From contig CAKSDZ010000002.1 of NCBI GenBank assembly GCA_934446365.1, positions 122,653 to 186,652 of the forward strand: 64,000 nucleotides of DNA, in the 5' to 3' direction. Source of the DNA: an uncultured Eubacteriales bacterium (GTDB lineage Bacteria > Bacillota > Clostridia > Oscillospirales > CAG-272). Each line of letters starts with the position of its first letter. The first letter of the stretch is position 1. A program made the position numbers and the translations under genes. Under the pieces are notes generated by a model, which worked only from the letters and a program-made list of their open reading frames with translations, was not told where the DNA came from and did not search any database. Shown here piece after piece: positions 56,540-64,000 of this stretch.

Positions 56540-57046
56540 CTATTTCAATAATGTTTTCAGGACCGCAAGCCTCGGGTCCGTCTCATGCTTCTCGCACGTA
56601 CACGGTCCCTCGTTGAGATTCTTGCCGCATTTCGGACAAAGTCCGAGACAATCCTCGCGGCAAAGCGTCTTCGACGGCATTTCGAGCATCAGCTGCTCCT
56701 CGACGGGAGGCAGAAGATCGAGTTTGTTGTCCTCGATAAAGATGTAATCGTCGTTTTCACGCGACACATCGCCCGACGCGATATCCTTTTCAAACGAAAT
56801 CTCAAGCTCGCTGCAGACAGGCTCCGCGCAGCGCGCACATGCGGTCGTATATCTCACCTTCACAAAAGCGGAAAGAAGCATATACCCCGCCATGTTTTTG
56901 ACAAGCCCTTTTACCATCACAGGCTCCGTGAAATCGATGTCCCCGTATACGGAGGAAAGAAGTCCGTCCGCCGCAGGAACGAAGGAGAATTCAAATTCGA
57001 GGGTATCGGCAGCACCCGACAGGACGGGCGTCATATCCAAGACCAT
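56540..57046 (-). CDS. YceD/DUF177 family protein
   Basis: Located upstream of rpmF as usual. C-terminal CREDCLGLCPKCGKNLNEGPCTC. Confidence 0.88.
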   Translation of the reverse strand: MVLDMTPVLSGAADTLEFEFSFVPAADGLLSSVYGDIDFTEPVMVKGLVKNMAGYMLLSAFVKVRYTTACARCAEPVCSELEISFEKDIASGDVSRENDDYIFIEDNKLDLLPPVEEQLMLEMPSKTLCREDCLGLCPKCGKNLNEGPCTCEKHETDPRLAVLKTLLK

Positions 57047-57288
57047 TCTTCTCCGACCTCCTCATACCATTCCACATGATACCAAAATACAGCATATTAT
57101 ATTATACATTGCAAAACAACCTTTGTCAATATCTTTTTCCGATTTTTACACAGATTCCTTTTAATTATGGAGAAAAAACGTCTTTTTTCTCGCGCAAGAG
57201 GAAAAAACAAAGGGATTTTCCTCTCTCACCGGTCAAAGATATCCCGCTTTTCGGAAAAATCCGCCGGCTCCCGCCGGCGGATTCCCTT

Positions 57289-59691
57289 TTATTTCACAAT
57301 CACGTTGAGAATCTTGTTTTTGACATAGATTTTCTTCACGATCTGCTTATCCTTCACAAAGGAGGCGAACTTTTCGCTCCGCATGGCGGCGGCAAAAGCC
57401 GTATCCTCGTCGGCATCCATAGGAATTTCGACCGTATCCCGCGGCTTGCCCTGTACGGAAAGCGCGATAGTGACCGTATGATCGACCGTTTTGGCCTCGT
57501 CGTATTCCGGCCACTTCGCAAGCGAGGCAAGCTCCGTCTCACCGAGCCTCGACCACAGCTCCTCCGAGAGATGCGGTGCAAACGGGCAGAGCAGCTTCAC
57601 GAAGACTTTCAGCTCGTCCACGGTCAGCGTCTTTGCCTCATAGATCTCGTTGAGAAGCGACATCATCGCGGCAATCGCCGTGTTGAATTTCATCGTGTCG
57701 ATATCTGTCGTGACCTTTTTGATGGTCTTGTGGAACGAATTTTCAAGCTTCGGGGTGACGCCCTCGCCCTTTGCAAGATACATCAGTCCCTCGACGCGTT
57801 CAAGGAACCGCTTGCAGCCCTTGATGCTGGACGGCGACCACGGCGCGGACTTTTCAAAATCGCCGATGAACATTTCATAAAGCCGAAGCGTGTCGGCGCC
57901 GTATTCCTCGACGATATCGTCGGGATTGACGACGTTGCCGCGCGATTTGGACATCTTCTCTCCGTTCTCGCCGAGAATCATGCCGTGCGCGGTGCGTTTC
58001 TTGTACGGCTCCTTGCACGGAACAATGCCGAGATCATATAAGAACTTCGACCAAAAACGGGAGTAGAGCAGGTGCAGCGTCACATGTTCCATGCCGCCGT
58101 TGTACCAGTCGACCGGCATCCAGTAATCGAGCGCCTCACGGGAGGCAAGCTCCTTATCATTATGCGGGTCGCAGTAACGCAGGAAATACCACGACGAGCC
58201 CGCCCAGTTCGGCATCGTGTCCGTTTCACGCTTCGCGGGACCGCCGCAGTGCGGACAGGTCGTATTCACCCAGTCCGTCGCCTTTGCGAGCGGCGATTCG
58301 CCGTCCTCCGTCGGTTCAAATTCGGTGATATCCGGCAGCGTCAGCGGCAGCTCGGATTCCGGAATCGGCACCCAGCCGCATTTTTCGCAGTATACGAGCG
58401 GCACCGGCTCGCCCCAGTAGCGCTGACGCGAGAATACCCAGTCGCGCAGCTTGAAATTCGTCTTGGCGTGCCCGATTCCCTTTTCGGTGAGCCAATCCGT
58501 AATCGCCTTTTTCGCTTCGGCGACCTCCATGCCGTCGAGGAAGCCGGAGTTCACCATTTTCCCGGTCTCCACATCGGTGAAAGCCTCATTCTGTACGTCT
58601 CCGCCGGCGACGACCTCGATAATCGGCAGGCCGAATTTCTTCGCAAAATCCCAGTCGCGCGTATCGTGCGCCGGCACCGCCATGATGGCGCCGGTTCCGT
58701 AGGTGGCAAGCACATAGTCGGAAACAAAAATCGGGATTTCCCTGCCGTTCACGGGATTGACGGCGTAAACGCCCTCGAGCTTTACGCCGGTCTTGTCCTT
58801 GGCCATCTCCGTGCGCTCGAAGTCGGATTTTTTCGCCGCAGCTTCGCGGTATGCCGCGACCTCGGCATAATTTGTGAGCTTGTCCCGCCATTTTTCCACG
58901 AGCGCATGCTCCGGCGCCATCACCATGTATGTAGCGCCGAACAGCGTGTCGGGACGTGTCGTATAAACCGTGATTTCGTCGTTTTCGCTCGTCTTGAAGT
59001 TCACTTCCGCTCCATAAGAGCGGCCGATCCAGTTGATTTCCTGCGTTTTGACGCGCTCGATGAAGTCGAGGTCCGCCAGATCATCGATGAGCCTGTCCGC
59101 ATATTCGGTGATCTTTAACATCCACTGGCTCTTGACCTTGTGGACGACCTCGCCGCCGCAGCGCTCACACACGCCGCCGACGACCTCCTCATTCGCCAGC
59201 ACGACCTTGCAGGAGGTGCAGAAGTTGACCGTCATCTCTTTTTTATAAGCAAGGCCTTTTTCAAAGAGCTTCAAGAATATCCACTGCGTCCATTTATAAT
59301 ATTCAGGCGAGCTGGTGTTGATTTCTCTCGACCAGTCGAATGAAAGTCCGATTTTTTGGAGCTGGCTCTTGAAGCGCGCGATATTGTTTTTCGTGATGAC
59401 CGTCGGATGGATATGCGTTTTGATTGCATAATTCTCCGTCGGAAGCCCGAATGCATCCCAGCCGATCGGGAACAGTACGTTGTAGCCCTCCATGCGTTTC
59501 TTGCGCGCGATGATGTCGATGGCGGTATAGGGACGCGGATGTCCGATGTGCAGTCCTTGGCCGGAGGGATACGGAAATTCGACAAGCGCGTAATATTTCG
59601 GAAGCGTATAATCGTTTTTGGCTTCAAATGCGTGCTTTTCCTCCCAAATTTTCTGCCACTTCGGTTCAATGGTCTTGTAGTCGTATGCCAT
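57289..59691 (-). CDS. leuS: Leucyl-tRNA synthetase
   Basis: [17 protein letters not shown] (HIGH) and KMSKSRGN (KMSKS). Confidence 0.98.
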   Translation of the reverse strand: MAYDYKTIEPKWQKIWEEKHAFEAKNDYTLPKYYALVEFPYPSGQGLHIGHPRPYTAIDIIARKKRMEGYNVLFPIGWDAFGLPTENYAIKTHIHPTVITKNNIARFKSQLQKIGLSFDWSREINTSSPEYYKWTQWIFLKLFEKGLAYKKEMTVNFCTSCKVVLANEEVVGGVCERCGGEVVHKVKSQWMLKITEYADRLIDDLADLDFIERVKTQEINWIGRSYGAEVNFKTSENDEITVYTTRPDTLFGATYMVMAPEHALVEKWRDKLTNYAEVAAYREAAAKKSDFERTEMAKDKTGVKLEGVYAVNPVNGREIPIFVSDYVLATYGTGAIMAVPAHDTRDWDFAKKFGLPIIEVVAGGDVQNEAFTDVETGKMVNSGFLDGMEVAEAKKAITDWLTEKGIGHAKTNFKLRDWVFSRQRYWGEPVPLVYCEKCGWVPIPESELPLTLPDITEFEPTEDGESPLAKATDWVNTTCPHCGGPAKRETDTMPNWAGSSWYFLRYCDPHNDKELASREALDYWMPVDWYNGGMEHVTLHLLYSRFWSKFLYDLGIVPCKEPYKKRTAHGMILGENGEKMSKSRGNVVNPDDIVEEYGADTLRLYEMFIGDFEKSAPWSPSSIKGCKRFLERVEGLMYLAKGEGVTPKLENSFHKTIKKVTTDIDTMKFNTAIAAMMSLLNEIYEAKTLTVDELKVFVKLLCPFAPHLSEELWSRLGETELASLAKWPEYDEAKTVDHTVTIALSVQGKPRDTVEIPMDADEDTAFAAAMRSEKFASFVKDKQIVKKIYVKNKILNVIVK

Positions 59692-59724
59692 ATTATTGTC
59701 CTCCTTTTGGGCGAAATAAAATCT

Positions 59725-60117
59725 TTATTCTTGCGGTTCGAGAGGAATCTCCTCCGCATCGTTCCAAAGCTTTTCGAGCTTGTAGAAATCCCGTTCGCTT
59801 TTGTGAAAAATGTGTACGATCACATGCGCATAGTCCATCGCAATCCACATGCCGGAATCAAAGCCGTCCACATGCAGCGGATGCACGCCCCGCTCGCCGA
59901 GCTTATATTCCAGCTCGCCCGCAAGGCCCTTGATCTGCGTATTCGAGGTGCCGGTGCAAATGACGAAATATTCGGTAAGATCATTGCCCTCGGCAAATTT
60001 CAGAAGCTTGATGTCCCGCGCCTTCTTTTCATCGAGAATGCGCACAACCGTGTCCGCAAGCTCTCTTGCGGAAGCGCCCACGAGGGAGGACATTCCGGTT
60101 TCTTTCTCCGTATTCAT
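59725..60117 (-). CDS. rsfS: Ribosomal silencing factor RsfS
   Basis: DIKLLKFAEGNDLTEYFVICTGTSNTQIKGLA...WIAMDYAHVIVHIF. ATG at 60117. Confidence 0.92.
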   Translation of the reverse strand: MNTEKETGMSSLVGASARELADTVVRILDEKKARDIKLLKFAEGNDLTEYFVICTGTSNTQIKGLAGELEYKLGERGVHPLHVDGFDSGMWIAMDYAHVIVHIFHKSERDFYKLEKLWNDAEEIPLEPQE

Positions 60118-60208
60118 AGATTTTCTCCGTTCCGTATTTTGGATATATATGTAGTTATACCACGGCCACCGGGGTTCCGTCAAGTCCCCCGGCAGCCGGA
60201 ATTTCAAA

Positions 60209-61351
60209 TTATGAGAGATAATAATTGTTGATATAGAGGTTCGAGGCGTTTTTGCTGTCCGTAAAGAAGCCGTCTCTGTCAAAAATCTCGCCGGTAATGT
60301 CGGTCTTATACACGTTCAGACACTCATTGATATCGGCCAGCGCTTCCCTTTTGTTGAGACAGTAGTAAATCCAAAGCCCGGTCGCCGGATTCTGCACCGA
60401 TGAGCCGCCGATTGTGCGCACGGCGATGCCGGCATTGTCAACGGCGTACACCGACTTCGTATAGGAAACGATATCCGCGACCGACATGGAGGTGCTGACA
60501 TGATTTATCAGCGTCGGCACCATCGAAATCATATTCCCGACCGTGATATTGTTCTTGACCTGACGCAGCGCCTCGACCATGAAATCACCGCGCATTTCCA
60601 CGCGGCCGATGTCGCCCGTGGCATAGCCCGAACGGTAACGGATCAGCTGCTCGCACTGGCTGCCGTCAAGATGCTGATAGCCCGCCTTCAAATGGATATA
60701 AAGATTCTGGTCCGGGTCATCATAATCCATATCGCATGGGACGTCATACCAAATGCCGCCTACGGCGTCGATCACATTGCGGAAGCCGGTGGTGTTGATC
60801 AGCACATATTCATCGATGTTGACGCAGAGCGCCGCGGAAAGTCTTGCCTGCAAATCCTGCATGGCGAGATGCTTGGCCTTGGCCTCGGTGGCGCCGCTGC
60901 TTCTCTGTCTGTTGTAGGCCGCCGTGAATACGGCGTTCACCCGTGTCACGCTCGTATACCCGCCGACCTCTTTGTTGATAAAGGTGTCGCGCGGGATCTG
61001 GACGATGTTGATTTTTCCGTTCGCGGTGTCAAGCGATGCGAGCATCAGAACGTCCGTACTCATGGAGACGTCGTCCACACCGGCAATGAGAAAGGTATAG
61101 AAGCCGTCCTTTCTCGTATAAGGCTCCTCCGGCTTTGCCGCGACGTCGGTCGTCTCCTCCGGCGCCTCGGTGGTGCCGTCCGTGGGAAACTGCTGCGTCG
61201 GATCGACCGCCGGCTTATGCAGCAGAAGCGCTGTCACGGTGATGCCGGCAATGACGAAAACGGCGCAGACATAAGCGGCAACAATCAGCAAGGCCCGCGA
61301 GCTCCGGCTTCTTCTTTTTTGTTTTCTGAAATTTTCTTTTTCCATAACCAA
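60209..61351 (-). CDS. LCP (LytR-CpsA-Psr) family protein
   Basis: N-terminal TM; FLIAGVDDVSMSTDVLMLASLDTANGKINIVQIPRDT. Confidence 0.9.
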   Translation of the reverse strand: MVMEKENFRKQKRRSRSSRALLIVAAYVCAVFVIAGITVTALLLHKPAVDPTQQFPTDGTTEAPEETTDVAAKPEEPYTRKDGFYTFLIAGVDDVSMSTDVLMLASLDTANGKINIVQIPRDTFINKEVGGYTSVTRVNAVFTAAYNRQRSSGATEAKAKHLAMQDLQARLSAALCVNIDEYVLINTTGFRNVIDAVGGIWYDVPCDMDYDDPDQNLYIHLKAGYQHLDGSQCEQLIRYRSGYATGDIGRVEMRGDFMVEALRQVKNNITVGNMISMVPTLINHVSTSMSVADIVSYTKSVYAVDNAGIAVRTIGGSSVQNPATGLWIYYCLNKREALADINECLNVYKTDITGEIFDRDGFFTDSKNASNLYINNYYLS

Positions 61352-61372
61352 TCCTCTTTTGGGAGCAGCGTA

Positions 61373-62002
61373 CTATACCAAACCGTTCCATGCCGAGATC
61401 ATCTCGGCATCGATCTTTCTGCCTTTCTCAATCAGATAAGTCACAGTGAAACCGATAATTTTTTTCGTGGTGTCGTCAAGCAGACGGTAAAGCGCGGCTT
61501 TGTCGTTTTTGTTTATTTTTTCACATTCGCCGTGCAAATATTCCCTCATTTCCGCACAGGAGCGATATTTTCTTCCCGGTTCCGTAAAATCCGCCGTAAA
61601 AAGCATTTTATCGAGCGCCGACATCTCCGCCTTTCCGGTCGTATGGCAGGCAATCGCGGAGCTTACCCTGTCCGTCACAATCTCCTCTCCGAAGAGTTCC
61701 CTTGCAAACGGAGCGCCGGTGGTCTGATGCAGCGTCGGGAGCACAGCCGACCGATCCTGCGGAAGCGGGATTCCGTATTTTTCACAGAGCGCGAGCTGCT
61801 CCTCGTCGGTTTTCGATTTGGTGATATCATGCAGGAGTGCCGCTGTGCAAAGCGTGACGGCCTCCTCCTCCGAGAGTCCGAAGGTCTGCGCCATCCAAGC
61901 ACATTCGTCATAAACGCCGAGCGTATGCCGGATTCTCTGCTCATCCTCATACAAGGGCAGCTTTTTCCTGATTTCCGCAATGCGGGGTTCGTTTTCCATC
62001 AT
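61373..62002 (-). CDS. yqeK: HD-domain protein YqeK (Ap4A hydrolase family)
   Basis: RIRHTLGVYDECAWMAQ...AALLHDITK. Sits in the nadD-yqeK-rsfS context. Confidence 0.88.
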   Translation of the reverse strand: MMENEPRIAEIRKKLPLYEDEQRIRHTLGVYDECAWMAQTFGLSEEEAVTLCTAALLHDITKSKTDEEQLALCEKYGIPLPQDRSAVLPTLHQTTGAPFARELFGEEIVTDRVSSAIACHTTGKAEMSALDKMLFTADFTEPGRKYRSCAEMREYLHGECEKINKNDKAALYRLLDDTTKKIIGFTVTYLIEKGRKIDAEMISAWNGLV

Positions 62003-62631
62003 CGGTATAAGTTTTTCTCCTTGATATATTCATACACAGGACGCGGCAGATAAGCGGAAGCGTCGCGTCCCTCATGAAGCATTTGTCGGATTTCGCTCGA
62101 CGATATCTCGACCGGAGCAAACGATATATCCAAAATTTTCGCGCCGTACAAAGCTGTGAGAAGCTTTTTCTTTTCCGCAACCCGCAAGGCCATCGCCTCC
62201 GTCTGACGTTCCCTTGCCGCATAGGCGACCGTACACAGGGTAAGGATATCCTCAAAGCGGTACCACTCGTCGAATGTGAGCAGCATATCCGTTCCGCAGT
62301 AAAGATAGAGATCGGAGAAGCCCATGTCCGCAAAGCGTTTCAGCGTCAGATAGGTATAGCTTTTGCCCTCGCTTTTCACCTCCATGTCGGAGACGACCGC
62401 GCGCCCCGAAAATTCCGGTGAAGCGGAAAACGCAAGACGGGTCATCGCAAGCCGCATCTCCGGATCGTCGCCCGCGCCGATGCTCTTATGCGGCGGGATC
62501 CGGTCGGGAATGATATAAAGCCGGTCAAGTGCCGCCTGTCTTAAAAATTCGGAGGCCGCCCTCACATGCCCGTTGTGGACGGGATCGAAGGTGCCGCCGA
62601 AGATGCCGATTTTCATCTGTCGTTTTTTCAT
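61999..62631 (-). CDS. nadD: Nicotinate-nucleotide adenylyltransferase
   Basis: IGIFGGTFDPVHNGHV. Confidence 0.94.
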   Translation of the reverse strand: MKKRQMKIGIFGGTFDPVHNGHVRAASEFLRQAALDRLYIIPDRIPPHKSIGAGDDPEMRLAMTRLAFSASPEFSGRAVVSDMEVKSEGKSYTYLTLKRFADMGFSDLYLYCGTDMLLTFDEWYRFEDILTLCTVAYAARERQTEAMALRVAEKKKLLTALYGAKILDISFAPVEISSSEIRQMLHEGRDASAYLPRPVYEYIKEKNLYR

Positions 62632-62637
62632 AGCGAA

Positions 62638-62931
62638 TTATGAGGGAAGCTCGATTTTCTTATGCTTCTCGGATTCACGGTAAAGAACGAACCGGCTCCC
62701 CGTCACCGATACGACCTCGGCGTGAAGTCTTTCCGCAAGAAGCTCCGCCGCCTCGCGCGGCCCGTATTCGCAGGTGTCAAGCGTTCTCAGCTTGATAAGC
62801 TCCCTCGCTTCCAGCGCGTTTCCGAGCTGTTCCGTCATATTGTCGCCGATACCGCCCTTTCCGATCTGAAAGATCGTGTCGTACCGGTTCGCCATCGCGC
62901 GCAGATAGGCGCGCTGCTTGCTTGATAGCAT
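62638..62931 (-). CDS. yhbY: YhbY-like CRM-domain RNA-binding protein
   Basis: MLSSKQRAYLRAMANRYDTIFQIGKGGIGDNM...ELIKLR. ATG at 62931. Confidence 0.88.
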   Translation of the reverse strand: MLSSKQRAYLRAMANRYDTIFQIGKGGIGDNMTEQLGNALEARELIKLRTLDTCEYGPREAAELLAERLHAEVVSVTGSRFVLYRESEKHKKIELPS

Positions 62932-62975
62932 ATAAACTCCGTTTCCGCCGTAAATACGGCTGTCATCAGGGATAA

Positions 62976-63557
62976 TCAGATTTGGGAGGCATCCGTATCG
63001 GAAGCGCTCTGCGCCGCCTGCTCCTCCTTCATGCGGTAATAAAGATTCTTGGTGTGCCCGAAAAAGCACAAAAAACAAATCAAGCAGATAAAGAATACAA
63101 GCATGCCGAGCAAGGCAATCACGCCGAGATTGGCATAGGCAGCCGCACCGGAAATCGCATGCGTCACCGCAAGAACGACCCACGCGGTTTTCAGCCGGGC
63201 GGCGTCGAGCGGATAGGAATTTTGCGTCTCAATTTCCATCACGCCCTCAACGATATGATAAGAAATATAATAGGAAAGCACACAAAAGACGGCGAATATC
63301 AAAATCGAAATCAAGTACGGCATCGCAAGTCCGATCCCGAAAAGATCCAAAACATACAGAATCCCCGTATAAACCGCCATGATGATGGACGGCATTCTCA
63401 CCTTTTCAAAGCGCGCACTTTCCTCCATAAGCTCCGAGATTCCGCCGAGAAGCAGAAGATATCCGACAAAAGCCGGTGTCAGACCGATTCTCACCATGTC
63501 GATATCCAAATGAACATCAATATAAATAAAAAAGAATCCCCAAAACAGTTTTTTCAT
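62976..63557 (-). CDS. Hypothetical polytopic membrane protein
   Basis: MKKLFWGFFFIYIDVHLDIDMVRIGLTPAFVGYLLLLGG...; 5-6 hydrophobic helices; GAGGGGAG RBS. Confidence 0.6.
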   Translation of the reverse strand: MKKLFWGFFFIYIDVHLDIDMVRIGLTPAFVGYLLLLGGISELMEESARFEKVRMPSIIMAVYTGILYVLDLFGIGLAMPYLISILIFAVFCVLSYYISYHIVEGVMEIETQNSYPLDAARLKTAWVVLAVTHAISGAAAYANLGVIALLGMLVFFICLICFLCFFGHTKNLYYRMKEEQAAQSASDTDASQI

Positions 63558-63571
63558 GGCCTCTCCCCTCG

Positions 63572-64000
63572 TCACTTGCCGGTTATCCCGGTCAAAGCGG
63601 CAAATTCTTTGGCAAAGCGCTCCATGGCGCGTGCCCTGTGGCTGACTGCGTTTTTCTCCTCTGCCGTCATTTCGGCAAAGGTTTTTCCAAGCGGCTCGTA
63701 AAGAAAATACGGATCATAGCCGAAGCCGCCCCCGCCGCGGGGCGCATCGATGATAACCCCCGGGCATTCGCCGCGCACGACGATTTCCCGTCCGTCCGGA
63801 AATACACAGGCAATCGCCGACACAAAATGCGCCGCGCGCTCACTTTGCGGAACATGCTTCATTTTTTCCACGAGCTTGCGGTTGTTGTCGGCGTCGTCAT
63901 GACCGCCCGCCCAGCGCGCGGAATACACGCCCGGCTCGCCGCCCAGCGCGTCGATGCAAAGACCGGAATCGTCCGCGATGCCGATATAGCCGAGCGCGGC
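63572..64000 (-). CDS. rdgB: Non-canonical purine NTP pyrophosphatase RdgB/HAM1; 5' end outside the window
   Basis: ...GVYSARWAG...FGYDPYFLY...KTFAEMTAEEKNAVSHRARA. The frame continues to base 64000. Confidence 0.9.
   Translation of the reverse strand, partial: AALGYIGIADDSGLCIDALGGEPGVYSARWAGGHDDADNNRKLVEKMKHVPQSERAAHFVSAIACVFPDGREIVVRGECPGVIIDAPRGGGGFGYDPYFLYEPLGKTFAEMTAEEKNAVSHRARAMERFAKEFAALTGITGK

Overview
High-GC Firmicutes/Clostridia-type chromosomal segment (Oscillospiraceae-like by gene content; that placement is inference only). It is almost entirely housekeeping and densely packed. No tRNA, rRNA or CRISPR array was seen.

Recognised genes, in order:
- DUF1385, secG, and an HD/SDR/HAD/HAD block
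- an Sfp-type PPTase
- an ECF S-component divergent from a MocR/PdxR-like regulator
- an XRE-S24 repressor, RidA, AgcS
- groES-groEL behind a CIRCE operator
- rpsF-ssb-rpsR, cls
- a dat-DUF4392-pxpB-pxpC-DUF1445-pxpA-alr operon
- trpEGDCFBA behind a Trp (UGG) T-box, then pdxK
- a 4-gene MBOAT surface-acylation operon
- rplI-dnaB-tilS-hpt, two lipoprotein-like genes, proS
- a GtrA/FAD-oxidoreductase/GT-C-like cluster, a GNAT, rpsT
- plsY-der-DUF512, rpmF-yceD
- leuS-rsfS-LCP-yqeK-nadD-yhbY and rdgB

Content the gene list does not explain:
1. A ~390-bp, hairpin-dense repeat family. It is present as two tandem pairs (15097-15890 and 33545-34345). Each pair sits exactly between the terminators of convergent genes. 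Compensatory stem substitutions separate the two loci.
2. Two strongly AT-rich cargo islands (7963-9449 and 45192-45925). They share a ~110-bp 3' module containing two covarying hairpins. The second island is bounded by perfect 15-bp inverted repeats and sits inside a split 14-bp terminator palindrome.
3. Two domain-permuted SGNH-like/LRR proteins around an MBOAT.
4. A terminator-containing leader in front of the D-Ala/D-Glu/5-oxoproline operon.

Many long ORFs in the six-frame track are antisense artefacts of GC-rich genes and are rejected.
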